64,000 nt of DNA from Patescibacteria group bacterium. Lineage in GTDB: Bacteria > Patescibacteriota > JABMPQ01 > JAQVVF01. The translations under genes and the position numbers were made by a program. The number at the start of each line of letters is the position of its first letter. Position 1 is the first letter of the stretch. This document shows positions 16,506 through 25,174 of the stretch, one piece after another. The stretch is taken from contig JBAZSC010000001.1 in the NCBI GenBank assembly GCA_041662665.1, positions 257,511 through 321,510 of the forward strand, read 5' to 3'. The notes under the pieces were generated by a model. The model ran no database searches, was not told the DNA's origin, and saw only the letters and a program-made list of their open reading frames with translations.

Positions 16506-17324
16506 ATGCCCGAAAAACCACAAATAGAATTACAAGATATTCAACAAAATCCTGAACAAAAATCTGAAACAGGTTTAGAAATTGTAAAAACTCCAGAATC
16601 AGAACAATTTGTTGAACATGTCAATGAAATTCATGAAGCAGTACAACGTGATAGGAAAGTTACATATGGCCAAGTTGCAGATTTAAGAAAAGATTTAGAA
16701 GGATTTAAATTAGATGTTTGTGGCGAGCAAATGACTTTGGCAGAAATCAGAGAAATTCCAGATTTCGGATATAATTATGAAATTTGGAAATCTATAATGG
16801 AAGGAAATATTTTTTTACATAACCAAGTTACTGGTCTTATTCCTAACGTAACTCGAAAGTTAGTTGATGAAAATAATAAAAAAAACGAAAAGATCAGTAA
16901 TCAGGATGATTGGAAAGCTTTATATTTTGATTCTTTAAAAAAAATTTCACCTAAGATAGCAAAGGAATTTAGAAGTCTTAAGTCAGGAATCTATTTGAGT
17001 ACATTTACAGAACTTTCCGATGAAGTTATATTCGAGTTGTCCCATTCAGCTAGTTTATTTATTTCTTTAAGTCATCTAGTATCATTATCTGATCAGCAAG
17101 CAGAATATTTGTCTCAATTTCAAGGTAGGCTCAATTTAAACGGTGTCAATTCTTTATCGGACAATGCTGCGCGATTTATCGGGCAACGTGGTTCTTATAC
17201 TTGGTTAGATAGTCTAGTCCATATCTCTGATAATGGATTGAAATTTTTAGGTAAAGGGAGAATCGATCTATCTCCAGAGTTGGGAAAAAGATTAAAGAAA
17301 TTAAAAGCTGAACAAAATGCTTAA
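16506..17324 (+). CDS. paralog family P (conserved about 95-aa N-domain plus RI-type LRR-like about 25-aa repeats), member 1
   Basis: N-domain PEKPQIELQDIQQ..ETGLEIVKTPESEQFVEH.NEIHEA....K.TYGQVADLRKDLE is shared by five genes. C-terminal repeats follow L..L.SLSD..A..LS...G.L.LN...SLSD.AA. Confidence 0.6.
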   Translation: MPEKPQIELQDIQQNPEQKSETGLEIVKTPESEQFVEHVNEIHEAVQRDRKVTYGQVADLRKDLEGFKLDVCGEQMTLAEIREIPDFGYNYEIWKSIMEGNIFLHNQVTGLIPNVTRKLVDENNKKNEKISNQDDWKALYFDSLKKISPKIAKEFRSLKSGIYLSTFTELSDEVIFELSHSASLFISLSHLVSLSDQQAEYLSQFQGRLNLNGVNSLSDNAARFIGQRGSYTWLDSLVHISDNGLKFLGKGRIDLSPELGKRLKKLKAEQNA

Positions 17325-17375
17325 AGATTTTAACTTACAATAACGCCAAGCCGTCATAAAAAATAAATTAAAATT

Positions 17376-18239
17376 ATGTCCGAAAAACCACCAATAGAAT
17401 TAAAAGATATCGCCCAAGAATCAGAACCAAAATCTGAAACAGGTTTAGAAATTGTTGAAACTCCAGCATCAAAACAATTTGTTGAACATGCCAATGAAAT
17501 TCATGAAGCAATAGAACATGATAAAAAAATTACATATGGCCAAGTTGCAGATTTAAGAAAAGATTTAGAGCAATTTAAATTTGATGTATGTGGTGAGCAA
17601 ATGACTATTGCAGAAATAAAACAAATACCAGATTTTCAACATAATTATGAAATTTGGAAAAAAATAATGTCTGGAGAATTAATTAGTCGATGGAGCCAAA
17701 ATGAAGAAGATCTTACTTATCTTTTGCCAAAGGTGGCACAAGTTCTAGTTGAAGAATATAATAAAAAAAATGAAGAAACTTTCAAAATACATGATTATGG
17801 CGTTGAAGATCTTATGGACTTAAAGCTAAGCAACATCAAAAGAATCACTCCTGATACAATAAAAAATTTTAAAGATTTTAAAGCTAATATTTTTTTAGAT
17901 GGTTTGACCGAAATATCTGACGAATCAATGCTCGAATTATCAAAATCTTCAAGTTACCTTATTTCATTATCAAGCTTAACGTCTTTATCGGACAAACAAG
18001 CAGAATATTTATCTCAATTCAATGGCGGTAGATTATACTTAAATAGTATAAAATCACTTTCAGATTATGCTGCAAATAAATTTGCGCACAGCAAAGTTAC
18101 GTACGTATTATTAAGAGGTGTAGAAACTATTTCCGATTCTGCTCTTTTGCAGTTAGAAGGAACAAAAGTTGTTCTATCTGATACACAAAAAGAAAGGCTA
18201 AAAAGTTTAAAAGCCAAACAAAATGCTTCAAGATCTTAA
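17376..18239 (+). CDS. paralog family P, member 2
   Basis: About 85% nucleotide identity to member 1 over the first 300 nt. The same LRR-like C-terminal repeats are present. Confidence 0.6.
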   Translation: MSEKPPIELKDIAQESEPKSETGLEIVETPASKQFVEHANEIHEAIEHDKKITYGQVADLRKDLEQFKFDVCGEQMTIAEIKQIPDFQHNYEIWKKIMSGELISRWSQNEEDLTYLLPKVAQVLVEEYNKKNEETFKIHDYGVEDLMDLKLSNIKRITPDTIKNFKDFKANIFLDGLTEISDESMLELSKSSSYLISLSSLTSLSDKQAEYLSQFNGGRLYLNSIKSLSDYAANKFAHSKVTYVLLRGVETISDSALLQLEGTKVVLSDTQKERLKSLKAKQNASRS

Positions 18240-18282
18240 TCTAGAACAAACGCCAAGCCGTCATAAAAAATAAATTAAAACT

Positions 18283-18921
18283 ATGCCAGAACAACCATCG
18301 CAAGTAGAATTAAAAGATATTCAACAAACGAAAGAAACAGAATCTGAAACAGGTTTAGAAATTGTTAAAACTCCTGAATCAGAACAATTTGTTGAACATG
18401 CCAATGAAATTCATGAAGCAATGCAAGCTGATGGGAAAATAACTGCTGGCCAAGTTGCAGATTTAAGAAAAGATTTAGAAGGATTAAAATATGATTTTTA
18501 CGGAGAACAATTATCAATTGCCGAAATCAGGCAAATCCCAGATCTTCAACATAATTTAAAAATTTGGCAAGAAATTTCTAATGGAAAATTTCGTAATTAT
18601 AAGGAATTAACTTATTTAACTCCAGAAATTGCTCAGAAAATTGTTTATCCCGCCTCAATCAAAAGAGTCGGTCACGCACCTATTCCACTTATCGATTTTC
18701 CACCCAGAGATTTATATTTAAACAACTTAAAAACATTATCTGTCGAATCGGCAAGGATATTGTTGAGGAGATTGTCAACAGGTGATCGAATACTTTCTCT
18801 TCAAGGTTTAGTAGATTTCCCTGAAGAAGAATTAGGATTATTAGATGATCCAAATATTCATTTGTCCCGAGAGCTTACATTAAAGTTGATTGAAAAAAAA
18901 GAAGAGATGGGTTTAATTTAA
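18283..18921 (+). CDS. paralog family P, member 3 (shorter, divergent C-terminus)
   Basis: Shares the N-domain with members 1 and 2. The stop lies 3 nt before the helicase ATG. Confidence 0.55.
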   Translation: MPEQPSQVELKDIQQTKETESETGLEIVKTPESEQFVEHANEIHEAMQADGKITAGQVADLRKDLEGLKYDFYGEQLSIAEIRQIPDLQHNLKIWQEISNGKFRNYKELTYLTPEIAQKIVYPASIKRVGHAPIPLIDFPPRDLYLNNLKTLSVESARILLRRLSTGDRILSLQGLVDFPEEELGLLDDPNIHLSRELTLKLIEKKEEMGLI

Positions 18922-18924
18922 AAT

Positions 18925-21900
18925 ATGTTAAAAGATCTTAATACAGAACAACTCCAAGCCGTCAAACACGAAACAGGTCCACTACTTATCGTTGCCGGCG
19001 CTGGCACAGGAAAAACAACAGCCATTACTAAAAAATTGGCTTATTTAATTTTGGAAAAAAAAGTAAAGCCAGAAAATATTTTAGCGTTAACTTTTACTGA
19101 AAAAGCAGCTGCTGAAATGGAGGAGCGAGTAGACAAATTAATGCCTTATGGTTATACAGATTTATGGATTGAAACCTTTCATGGTTTTTGTGATCGAATT
19201 TTAAAAGATAACGCCTTAGATGTTGGCTTAGACCCAAATTACAAATTATTAACTTCTGCAGAACAATGGATGTTCATCAAATCCAAAATTTTTGATTTTG
19301 ATTTGAAATATTATAGACCATTAGGCAATCCTAATTCATTTATTTCAGAATTAATCAAACATTTTTCTCGCGCTAAAGATGAAAATATCTTGCCAGAAGA
19401 TTATTTGAAATTCGTCAAAAAACTATCCGCCTCCGCTCCTGCGGGAGCTTCGGCGGACAAAGAAACCATAGACAAAATGTCAGAAGTTGCCAAATCTTAC
19501 AAAAAATATCAAGAATTAATGGTCGCCGAAAGTCAGATGGATTTTGGTGATTTAATTATTGAAACATTAAAATTATTTAAAAAAAGAAAAAATATTCTAA
19601 AAAAATATCAAAAACAATTCCAATATATTCTAGTTGATGAATTTCAAGATACTAATTTTGCCCAATATCAATTATTGCAACTTTTAGCACCGCCACAAAA
19701 TAATTTAACTGTTGTCGGCGATGATGACCAATGCCTGCCTCCTGATTCCAAAATTGAAACAAAAACTGGAATAAAGAAAATAAATAAAATAAAAAAAGGA
19801 GAATTAGTTTTATCAGCAGTGGGCAAGGGACATACCTCTTATTATCAAGTTAATAAAGTTATCAAAAATAAAAAAAATGCTCGTTTCCTAAATATTTCAA
19901 CAAAAAATGGAAATAAAATTACAATTACTGATAATCACAAAATGTTTTGCTTTGTACCTTTAAAATCAGATAAAAAATATTACTATGTTTATTTAATGGA
20001 AAAAAGAAATTTAGGATATAGGCTTGGCATAACTAACGATTTAGCGACGCGATTAAGATTAGAACGAGGGGCTGATCGAATTATTGGTATTAAGTCCTTT
20101 AAATCAGAAATTGAAGCAAGATATTATGAAACATTGCTTTCATTAAAATATCAAATTCCTTTAACCTGTTTTTGTTTCCGTCCTGGAGTTTTTATGAATA
20201 AGGAACTGTTAGAAAAACTTTACCAAGAATTTGATACTTATAAAAATGCGGAAAGATTAGCCAAAGATTTAAAAATTGATTTATCAGCTCATCATTTTGC
20301 GTTAGATGCAGTTAATCGCGGTAGCAGTTTAAGAATAAAAATCATAATTGAACAGTGTTACCGTAAACATGTTAGCAAAGTCAGAAGAGGCATCCTTTTT
20401 GGACCCAAAATCAGTCATTCTGTAATAGTAGAAACATCGGACAAGAAAACTATTGAAACACTAAAGAAAAATGGTTTTAATTTAAGAAAAGCAAGAAAAA
20501 ATGGTTTTAGGTTTAAATATACAGATCAAGATTTTCAAAAAGTTGGACAAATCGCTTTAAAATTAGAAAAAATTACAGGCGGTATTTTAGAAACCAGATT
20601 TGAAGTTGGCGCATTAAATATTAAACACCGAAAAGCCTTGATGATGCCAGCCAAAAATTTGCTTGTTGGACATTTTTTACCTGTATTAAAAAAAGACAAT
20701 AAAGAAATTATTTATGATGAAATAATTGATATCAAAGAAAAAAATAAGACTAGCAATGTCTATGATTTAGAAATCGAAAAAACACATAATTTCATTGCTG
20801 ATAATATTGTTGTGCATAATTCTATCTATAAATTTCGCGGCGCTTCTGTTAGCAATATTTTGCAATTCCAAAAAGATTTTCCCAAAAGCAAAAAAATAGT
20901 TTTGACAGAAAATTATCGATCAGTTCAGCCAATTCTCGATTTAGCATATAATTCAATTCAATTAAATAATCCAGATCGGTTAGAAGCAAAATATAAAATC
21001 AATAAAAAATTAAAATCACAAATTAAATCTAAAAGCGATTTAGCAATCAATCATATCCATAAGGCAACATATGAGCAAGAAGCAGTTGATGTCATCAAAA
21101 ATATTATTAATCTAAAACAAAAAGATAAATCAACTTGGTCAGATTTTGCAATTCTAGTGCGCGCAAATTCTTCTGCTGAAATATTCATCAATCTTTTATC
21201 TTCAAAAAAAATTCCATATCAATTCATTGCATCTCGCGGACTTTATTCTCGCCCAGAAATTATGGATTTAATTTCGTATTTGCGTGTTGTTGCAAATTTT
21301 TATGATAATATTAATTTTTATCGCGTTTTAAGTTTGCCAATTTTTAAATTAAATTCAGAAGATATAATTAGACTTGTTGCCTATAGCCGTCGTAAAAATT
21401 TAAGCATTTTTGATTTAGCTTGCACACCAAGTCGAATTGTCGGACTGAATAAAGATAGTGTTGAAAAATTTAAAGTTGTTGTTGAACTAGTTAAAAAACA
21501 TGCAAAACTTAGTTTGGAAAAAAATGCCGCTGAAGTTTTGTTAGACTTTTTAAAAACATCCGGTTATTTAAAATATTTGCAAACCAATAAAGATTTAGAA
21601 GCAGAAAAAAAGATTTTGAATATCTCATTATTTTTCAAAAGAATCCAAGAATTGCAGGAAAATAAAAAATTAACTGTTCCAGAATTTATTGATCAATTAG
21701 ATTTGATGATTGAAGCAGGCGAGGATCCATCGCCAATCCAATTAGATGAAGGCCCAGATTCAATCAAAATTTTGACTATCCATTCTTCAAAAGGATTAGA
21801 ATTTGATAATGTTTTTGTCGTCAATATGGTTGAAGGAAAATTTCCATCTCGAAACAGAAAAGATTTAATTGAATTGCCAGAAAAATTAATTAAAGAGCAA

Positions 21901-22902
21901 TTGCCAGATTCAAATTCCAATATTCAAGAAGAAAGAAGACTATTTTATGTAGCAATGACTCGTGCAAAGAAAAGGTTATTTTTTACATCTGCCAATGATT
22001 ATGGCGGAAAAAGAAAAAAGAAAATTTCTAGATTTTTAGTTGAAATTAAAAAACATTTTGATAAAAATTCCGCGTTTTCTGCGTTAGATTCTGCGTGTTT
22101 CCGCGATAACAATATTTTAACGCAGAATAACGCTGAACCTAACGCAGAAAACGCGAAAAAGAAAATAAGATATTCTTTACCAAGTAAATTTTCATACACT
22201 CAGCTTAAAGCATTTGAAACTTGTCCGCATCAATACCGTTTCCGCCATATTATTGGTTTGCCAAGTTCAGGCGCTTCTTCTCAAAGTTATGGAAAAACAA
22301 TGCATGCAGTTTTGCAAAACTTTTTCGCTGATTTGCAAAAAGGAAAAAGTCCGACAGAAAAAGATTTATTAAGTTATTATGACAGTTTTTGGATCGATGA
22401 TTTTTATCAAGACAAAAAGCACGAACAAAAAAGATTTGAAGAAGGCAAGAAAGCTTTGCAAGAATTTTACAAAATAAATAATAAAAATTTAAAAGCGCCG
22501 TTATTTTTAGAAAAAGGCTTTAACCTAAGAATTAAAGACACATGTCTAAAAGGCCAGATTGATCGCATTGATAAATTAGATGATGGCACAGTTGAGATCG
22601 TTGATTATAAAACAGGCAAATTGCCAAAGAATGAAAAGGAAGTAGAGAAAAATGAGCAATTATTGATTTATTCTTATGCCTGCCAAAAAGTATTAAATTT
22701 AAAACCATCAAAACTAAGCCTTTATTTTATTGACCAAAACAAAAAATATTCTGCTAAACAAAATTCAATTAAAGAAGAAAAGATAATTCAAAAAGTCCAA
22801 GAACTAATTGCTAAAATTAAAGAATCAGAATTTATTGCCAAGCCAGGCTTTGCATGCAAATTTTGTGACTATAAGGATATCTGTGAACATGCTAAACATT
22901 GA
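18925..22902 (+). CDS. UvrD/PcrA-type SF1 helicase fused to a C-terminal RecB/Cas4-like PD-(D/E)xK nuclease with Cys cluster; intein-containing
   Basis: Walker A GAGTGKTT, motif III VVGDDDQ|...|SIYKFRGA split by the intein, and TENYRS. The C-terminal CPHQYRF...IDRIDKL...IVDYKTGK...CKFCDYKDICEH is an AddB/Cas4-like nuclease with four Cys. Confidence 0.8.
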   Translation: MLKDLNTEQLQAVKHETGPLLIVAGAGTGKTTAITKKLAYLILEKKVKPENILALTFTEKAAAEMEERVDKLMPYGYTDLWIETFHGFCDRILKDNALDVGLDPNYKLLTSAEQWMFIKSKIFDFDLKYYRPLGNPNSFISELIKHFSRAKDENILPEDYLKFVKKLSASAPAGASADKETIDKMSEVAKSYKKYQELMVAESQMDFGDLIIETLKLFKKRKNILKKYQKQFQYILVDEFQDTNFAQYQLLQLLAPPQNNLTVVGDDDQCLPPDSKIETKTGIKKINKIKKGELVLSAVGKGHTSYYQVNKVIKNKKNARFLNISTKNGNKITITDNHKMFCFVPLKSDKKYYYVYLMEKRNLGYRLGITNDLATRLRLERGADRIIGIKSFKSEIEARYYETLLSLKYQIPLTCFCFRPGVFMNKELLEKLYQEFDTYKNAERLAKDLKIDLSAHHFALDAVNRGSSLRIKIIIEQCYRKHVSKVRRGILFGPKISHSVIVETSDKKTIETLKKNGFNLRKARKNGFRFKYTDQDFQKVGQIALKLEKITGGILETRFEVGALNIKHRKALMMPAKNLLVGHFLPVLKKDNKEIIYDEIIDIKEKNKTSNVYDLEIEKTHNFIADNIVVHNSIYKFRGASVSNILQFQKDFPKSKKIVLTENYRSVQPILDLAYNSIQLNNPDRLEAKYKINKKLKSQIKSKSDLAINHIHKATYEQEAVDVIKNIINLKQKDKSTWSDFAILVRANSSAEIFINLLSSKKIPYQFIASRGLYSRPEIMDLISYLRVVANFYDNINFYRVLSLPIFKLNSEDIIRLVAYSRRKNLSIFDLACTPSRIVGLNKDSVEKFKVVVELVKKHAKLSLEKNAAEVLLDFLKTSGYLKYLQTNKDLEAEKKILNISLFFKRIQELQENKKLTVPEFIDQLDLMIEAGEDPSPIQLDEGPDSIKILTIHSSKGLEFDNVFVVNMVEGKFPSRNRKDLIELPEKLIKEQLPDSNSNIQEERRLFYVAMTRAKKRLFFTSANDYGGKRKKKISRFLVEIKKHFDKNSAFSALDSACFRDNNILTQNNAEPNAENAKKKIRYSLPSKFSYTQLKAFETCPHQYRFRHIIGLPSSGASSQSYGKTMHAVLQNFFADLQKGKSPTEKDLLSYYDSFWIDDFYQDKKHEQKRFEEGKKALQEFYKINNKNLKAPLFLEKGFNLRIKDTCLKGQIDRIDKLDDGTVEIVDYKTGKLPKNEKEVEKNEQLLIYSYACQKVLNLKPSKLSLYFIDQNKKYSAKQNSIKEEKIIQKVQELIAKIKESEFIAKPGFACKFCDYKDICEHAKH
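19426..19462 (+). repeat. family B nested-hairpin repeat inserted in-frame in the helicase CDS
   Basis: TCCGCCtccGCTCCtgcgGGAGCttcGGCGGAcaaag encodes SASAPAGASADKE. It is architecturally identical to the intergenic 27905-27941 CCCGCCttcGCTCCtcgtcatttGGAGCtacGGCGGG. Confidence 0.55.
19732..20820 (+). mobile_element. intein (363 aa) inserted in helicase motif III, with putative homing-endonuclease domain
   Basis: Begins with Cys (CLPPDSKIETKTG) right after VVGDDDQ and ends VVHN before S of SIYKFRGA, so excision restores the canonical VGDDDQSIYKFRGA. The internal YYYVYLMEKRNLGYRLGITNDLATRL is GIY-YIG-like. Confidence 0.75.
22068..22158 (+). repeat. CTGCGTT-unit palindromic repeat (family A) inserted in-frame in the helicase CDS
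   Basis: ccgCGTTttCTGCGTTagattCTGCGTgtttccgcg...AACGCAGAAtaacgctgaacctAACGCAGAAAACGcg. It translates in-frame as SAFSALDSACFRDNNILTQNNAEPNAENAKK, lying between the helicase and nuclease parts. Confidence 0.65.
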
Positions 22903-23037
22903 TTTTCGTCAGTAGACAATTCCAATTTTTTTCGTTATAATAGCAATAGATATTCGGATATTATGATATTCGGAAATTGTTTTGATATCGACAATATCCG
23001 CAATATCTCAATTTCCGAATATCTTAAATATTAAATA

Positions 23038-23415
23038 ATGACACTTCGTTCTTATCTCCTCGGCATGTTTCTATCCACAATCGTCTGCTGGCTTGCTTTC
23101 GGTCTGATTTTGTATTATGTTAATCCATTCAATACTGGAGCATTAGGATTGATTGCTTTTTATATCAGCTTGTTTTTTGCAAGTATTGGAACTTTAACTA
23201 TTGCAGGTTTTTATTTGCGTGTCTGGTTTTCCAAAAACGAAATTTTATTCGCTCATGTCAATCCATCTTTTCGTCAAGCAATTTTATTGTCAATCATTTT
23301 AGTCGGCTCATTAGTTTTGCAAGCGTTTAGATTATTAACTTGGTGGGATGGTGCATTATTTGTTTTAAGTATTGTGCTAATAGAATTTTATTTTATATCG
23401 CGCAATACTGCTTAA
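23038..23415 (+). CDS. hypothetical membrane protein (4 TM helices)
   Basis: 125-aa hydrophobic ORF preceded by an AT-rich inverted repeat (ATTCGGAAATTG...CAATTTCCGAAT). No motif recognised. Confidence 0.4.
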   Translation: MTLRSYLLGMFLSTIVCWLAFGLILYYVNPFNTGALGLIAFYISLFFASIGTLTIAGFYLRVWFSKNEILFAHVNPSFRQAILLSIILVGSLVLQAFRLLTWWDGALFVLSIVLIEFYFISRNTA

Positions 23416-23431
23416 GTTTATTTTTAAAAAT

Positions 23432-23824
23432 ATGGACAATGAATATGGTCAATCTATAGAGGAAACAGTATTGGAAAAAGAAAAACCAACTGAAAAAGAA
23501 TGGGAAGATTATAAAACAGAAATTGAAAATTTTAGAGGACAGATTTATCAAAAAGCTGAAGAAGTTTTAGGAAATGACGATGGTGGTGATTGGGTTTTTC
23601 GCAAAGTGCAGGATTTTACATATGATGTTTCAGCAAATATCCCAAACTATCGTTTCTTTATTGCTTTTCATGGGTTGATTGGTAGTGGCGTCAGTATTGA
23701 AAAAGTTCCGTTTTTAGATTTGCCATCGCCATACAATGTTAAAGATTTTTGCAACAAACTTTTACTTGAGCTTGATGACAAAGAAAGTTGCCAAAAATAT
23801 TTGCGTGAAAGAAAAGAAAAATAA
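23432..23824 (+). CDS. hypothetical protein
   Basis: 130-aa ORF packed tightly after the previous gene. No motif recognised. Confidence 0.35.
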   Translation: MDNEYGQSIEETVLEKEKPTEKEWEDYKTEIENFRGQIYQKAEEVLGNDDGGDWVFRKVQDFTYDVSANIPNYRFFIAFHGLIGSGVSIEKVPFLDLPSPYNVKDFCNKLLLELDDKESCQKYLRERKEK

Positions 23825-23881
23825 AGAATTATATATATTAGCATTAAGTTAAAATTCATTAATTAGTAATACATAAAAATT

Positions 23882-24127
23882 ATGTCATTTGACGAAAAAG
23901 GACCTAGCGCACAAGAAGTAGAACCAAAGAAAAAATTTATGGTTAGAGCTGAAATGGAGGCTTGGGGAAAAGATGGTTCCGCAATTGACGATTTATGGCG
24001 AGAAGTTAATATAGAGGTTGAAGCAGAAGATGACGATGATATTGATGACGAAATCGTAGACAAGCTTTTTGACATGGATTTTGGAAACGCAAAACCGACA
24101 GGACGTTTTGAAAAAACTGAAATTTAA
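23882..24127 (+). CDS. hypothetical small acidic protein
   Basis: 81 aa with a poly-D/E stretch (EAEDDDDIDDEIVD). No motif recognised. Confidence 0.3.
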   Translation: MSFDEKGPSAQEVEPKKKFMVRAEMEAWGKDGSAIDDLWREVNIEVEAEDDDDIDDEIVDKLFDMDFGNAKPTGRFEKTEI

Positions 24128-24150
24128 TTAAAACTTATTTGTGAAAATAT

Positions 24151-25173
24151 ATGAACATAACAGAATTAAAACAGCAAGCCTTAACTGAAATCCAAAACGC
24201 AAATTCAACACAACTGGTTGAGCAAATTAGAATTAAATTTTTAGGCCGAAAATCTGGTTTGCTTACAAAAATAATTCAAACCTTGCCAACATTAAATGTT
24301 GATCAAAGAAAAAAACTTGGTTCGCAAAGCAATCAAGTTAAGCATGAAATAAATCAGGCTTTGAATAATAAAATTATTGCTTTGAAATCAAAAAGCCATC
24401 AAACTGGCGAATTTTTTGACACAACCTTGCCAGGCATCAGACCAGAGATCGGACATTTGCATCCTATTACATTAGTTTCGCGCGAAGTTGAAGAAATTTT
24501 TAAATCAATGGGCTTCGAAGTCCATGAAGGTGCTGAACTAGTTACTGATTATTATAATTTTGAATCATTAAATATTCCCAAAGATCATCCAGCACGAGAT
24601 TCACAAGATACTTTTTTTGTCAATTTTAAACCTGAAGAAAAATATGTCATGCGTACCCAAACATCTGCAATGCAAGTGAAGATTATGGAAAATAGAAAAC
24701 CTCCTCTCAAAATAGTAGTCCCAGGACGCTGTTTTCGAAATGAATCAACTGATGCATCTCATGAACATACTTTTTATCAATGCGAAGGTTTTATCGTTTC
24801 TGAAAAAATTTCTGTCGCTAATTTAATTTGTACTCTAAAAGAATTTCTAAAAGCCTATTTCAAAAAAAATGATGTTAAAGTAAGACTCCGTCCAGGATAT
24901 TTTCCTTTTGTTGAACCAGGCTTTGAGCTTGATTTTCAATGTGCAATTTGTGGTGGTAAAGGCTGTCCTGTCTGCAAACAAACTGGCTGGGTAGAATTAA
25001 TTCCTTGTGGCATGATTCATCAGAAAGTTTTTCAATTTGCAGGTTATCCAAAAAACAAATATACAGGTTTTGCTTTTTGTATAGGTTTAACAAGATTAGC
25101 GATGATGAAATATGGAATTAATGATATCAGATTATTTATGGCTGGTGATTTAAGATTTATAAATCAATTTTAA
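24151..25173 (+). CDS. pheS: phenylalanine--tRNA ligase alpha subunit
   Basis: FDTTLPGIRPEIGHLHPIT...FFVNFKPEEKYVMRTQTS and class II motif 3 GFAFCIGLTRLAM. Confidence 0.9.
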   Translation: MNITELKQQALTEIQNANSTQLVEQIRIKFLGRKSGLLTKIIQTLPTLNVDQRKKLGSQSNQVKHEINQALNNKIIALKSKSHQTGEFFDTTLPGIRPEIGHLHPITLVSREVEEIFKSMGFEVHEGAELVTDYYNFESLNIPKDHPARDSQDTFFVNFKPEEKYVMRTQTSAMQVKIMENRKPPLKIVVPGRCFRNESTDASHEHTFYQCEGFIVSEKISVANLICTLKEFLKAYFKKNDVKVRLRPGYFPFVEPGFELDFQCAICGGKGCPVCKQTGWVELIPCGMIHQKVFQFAGYPKNKYTGFAFCIGLTRLAMMKYGINDIRLFMAGDLRFINQF

Positions 25174-25174
25174 A

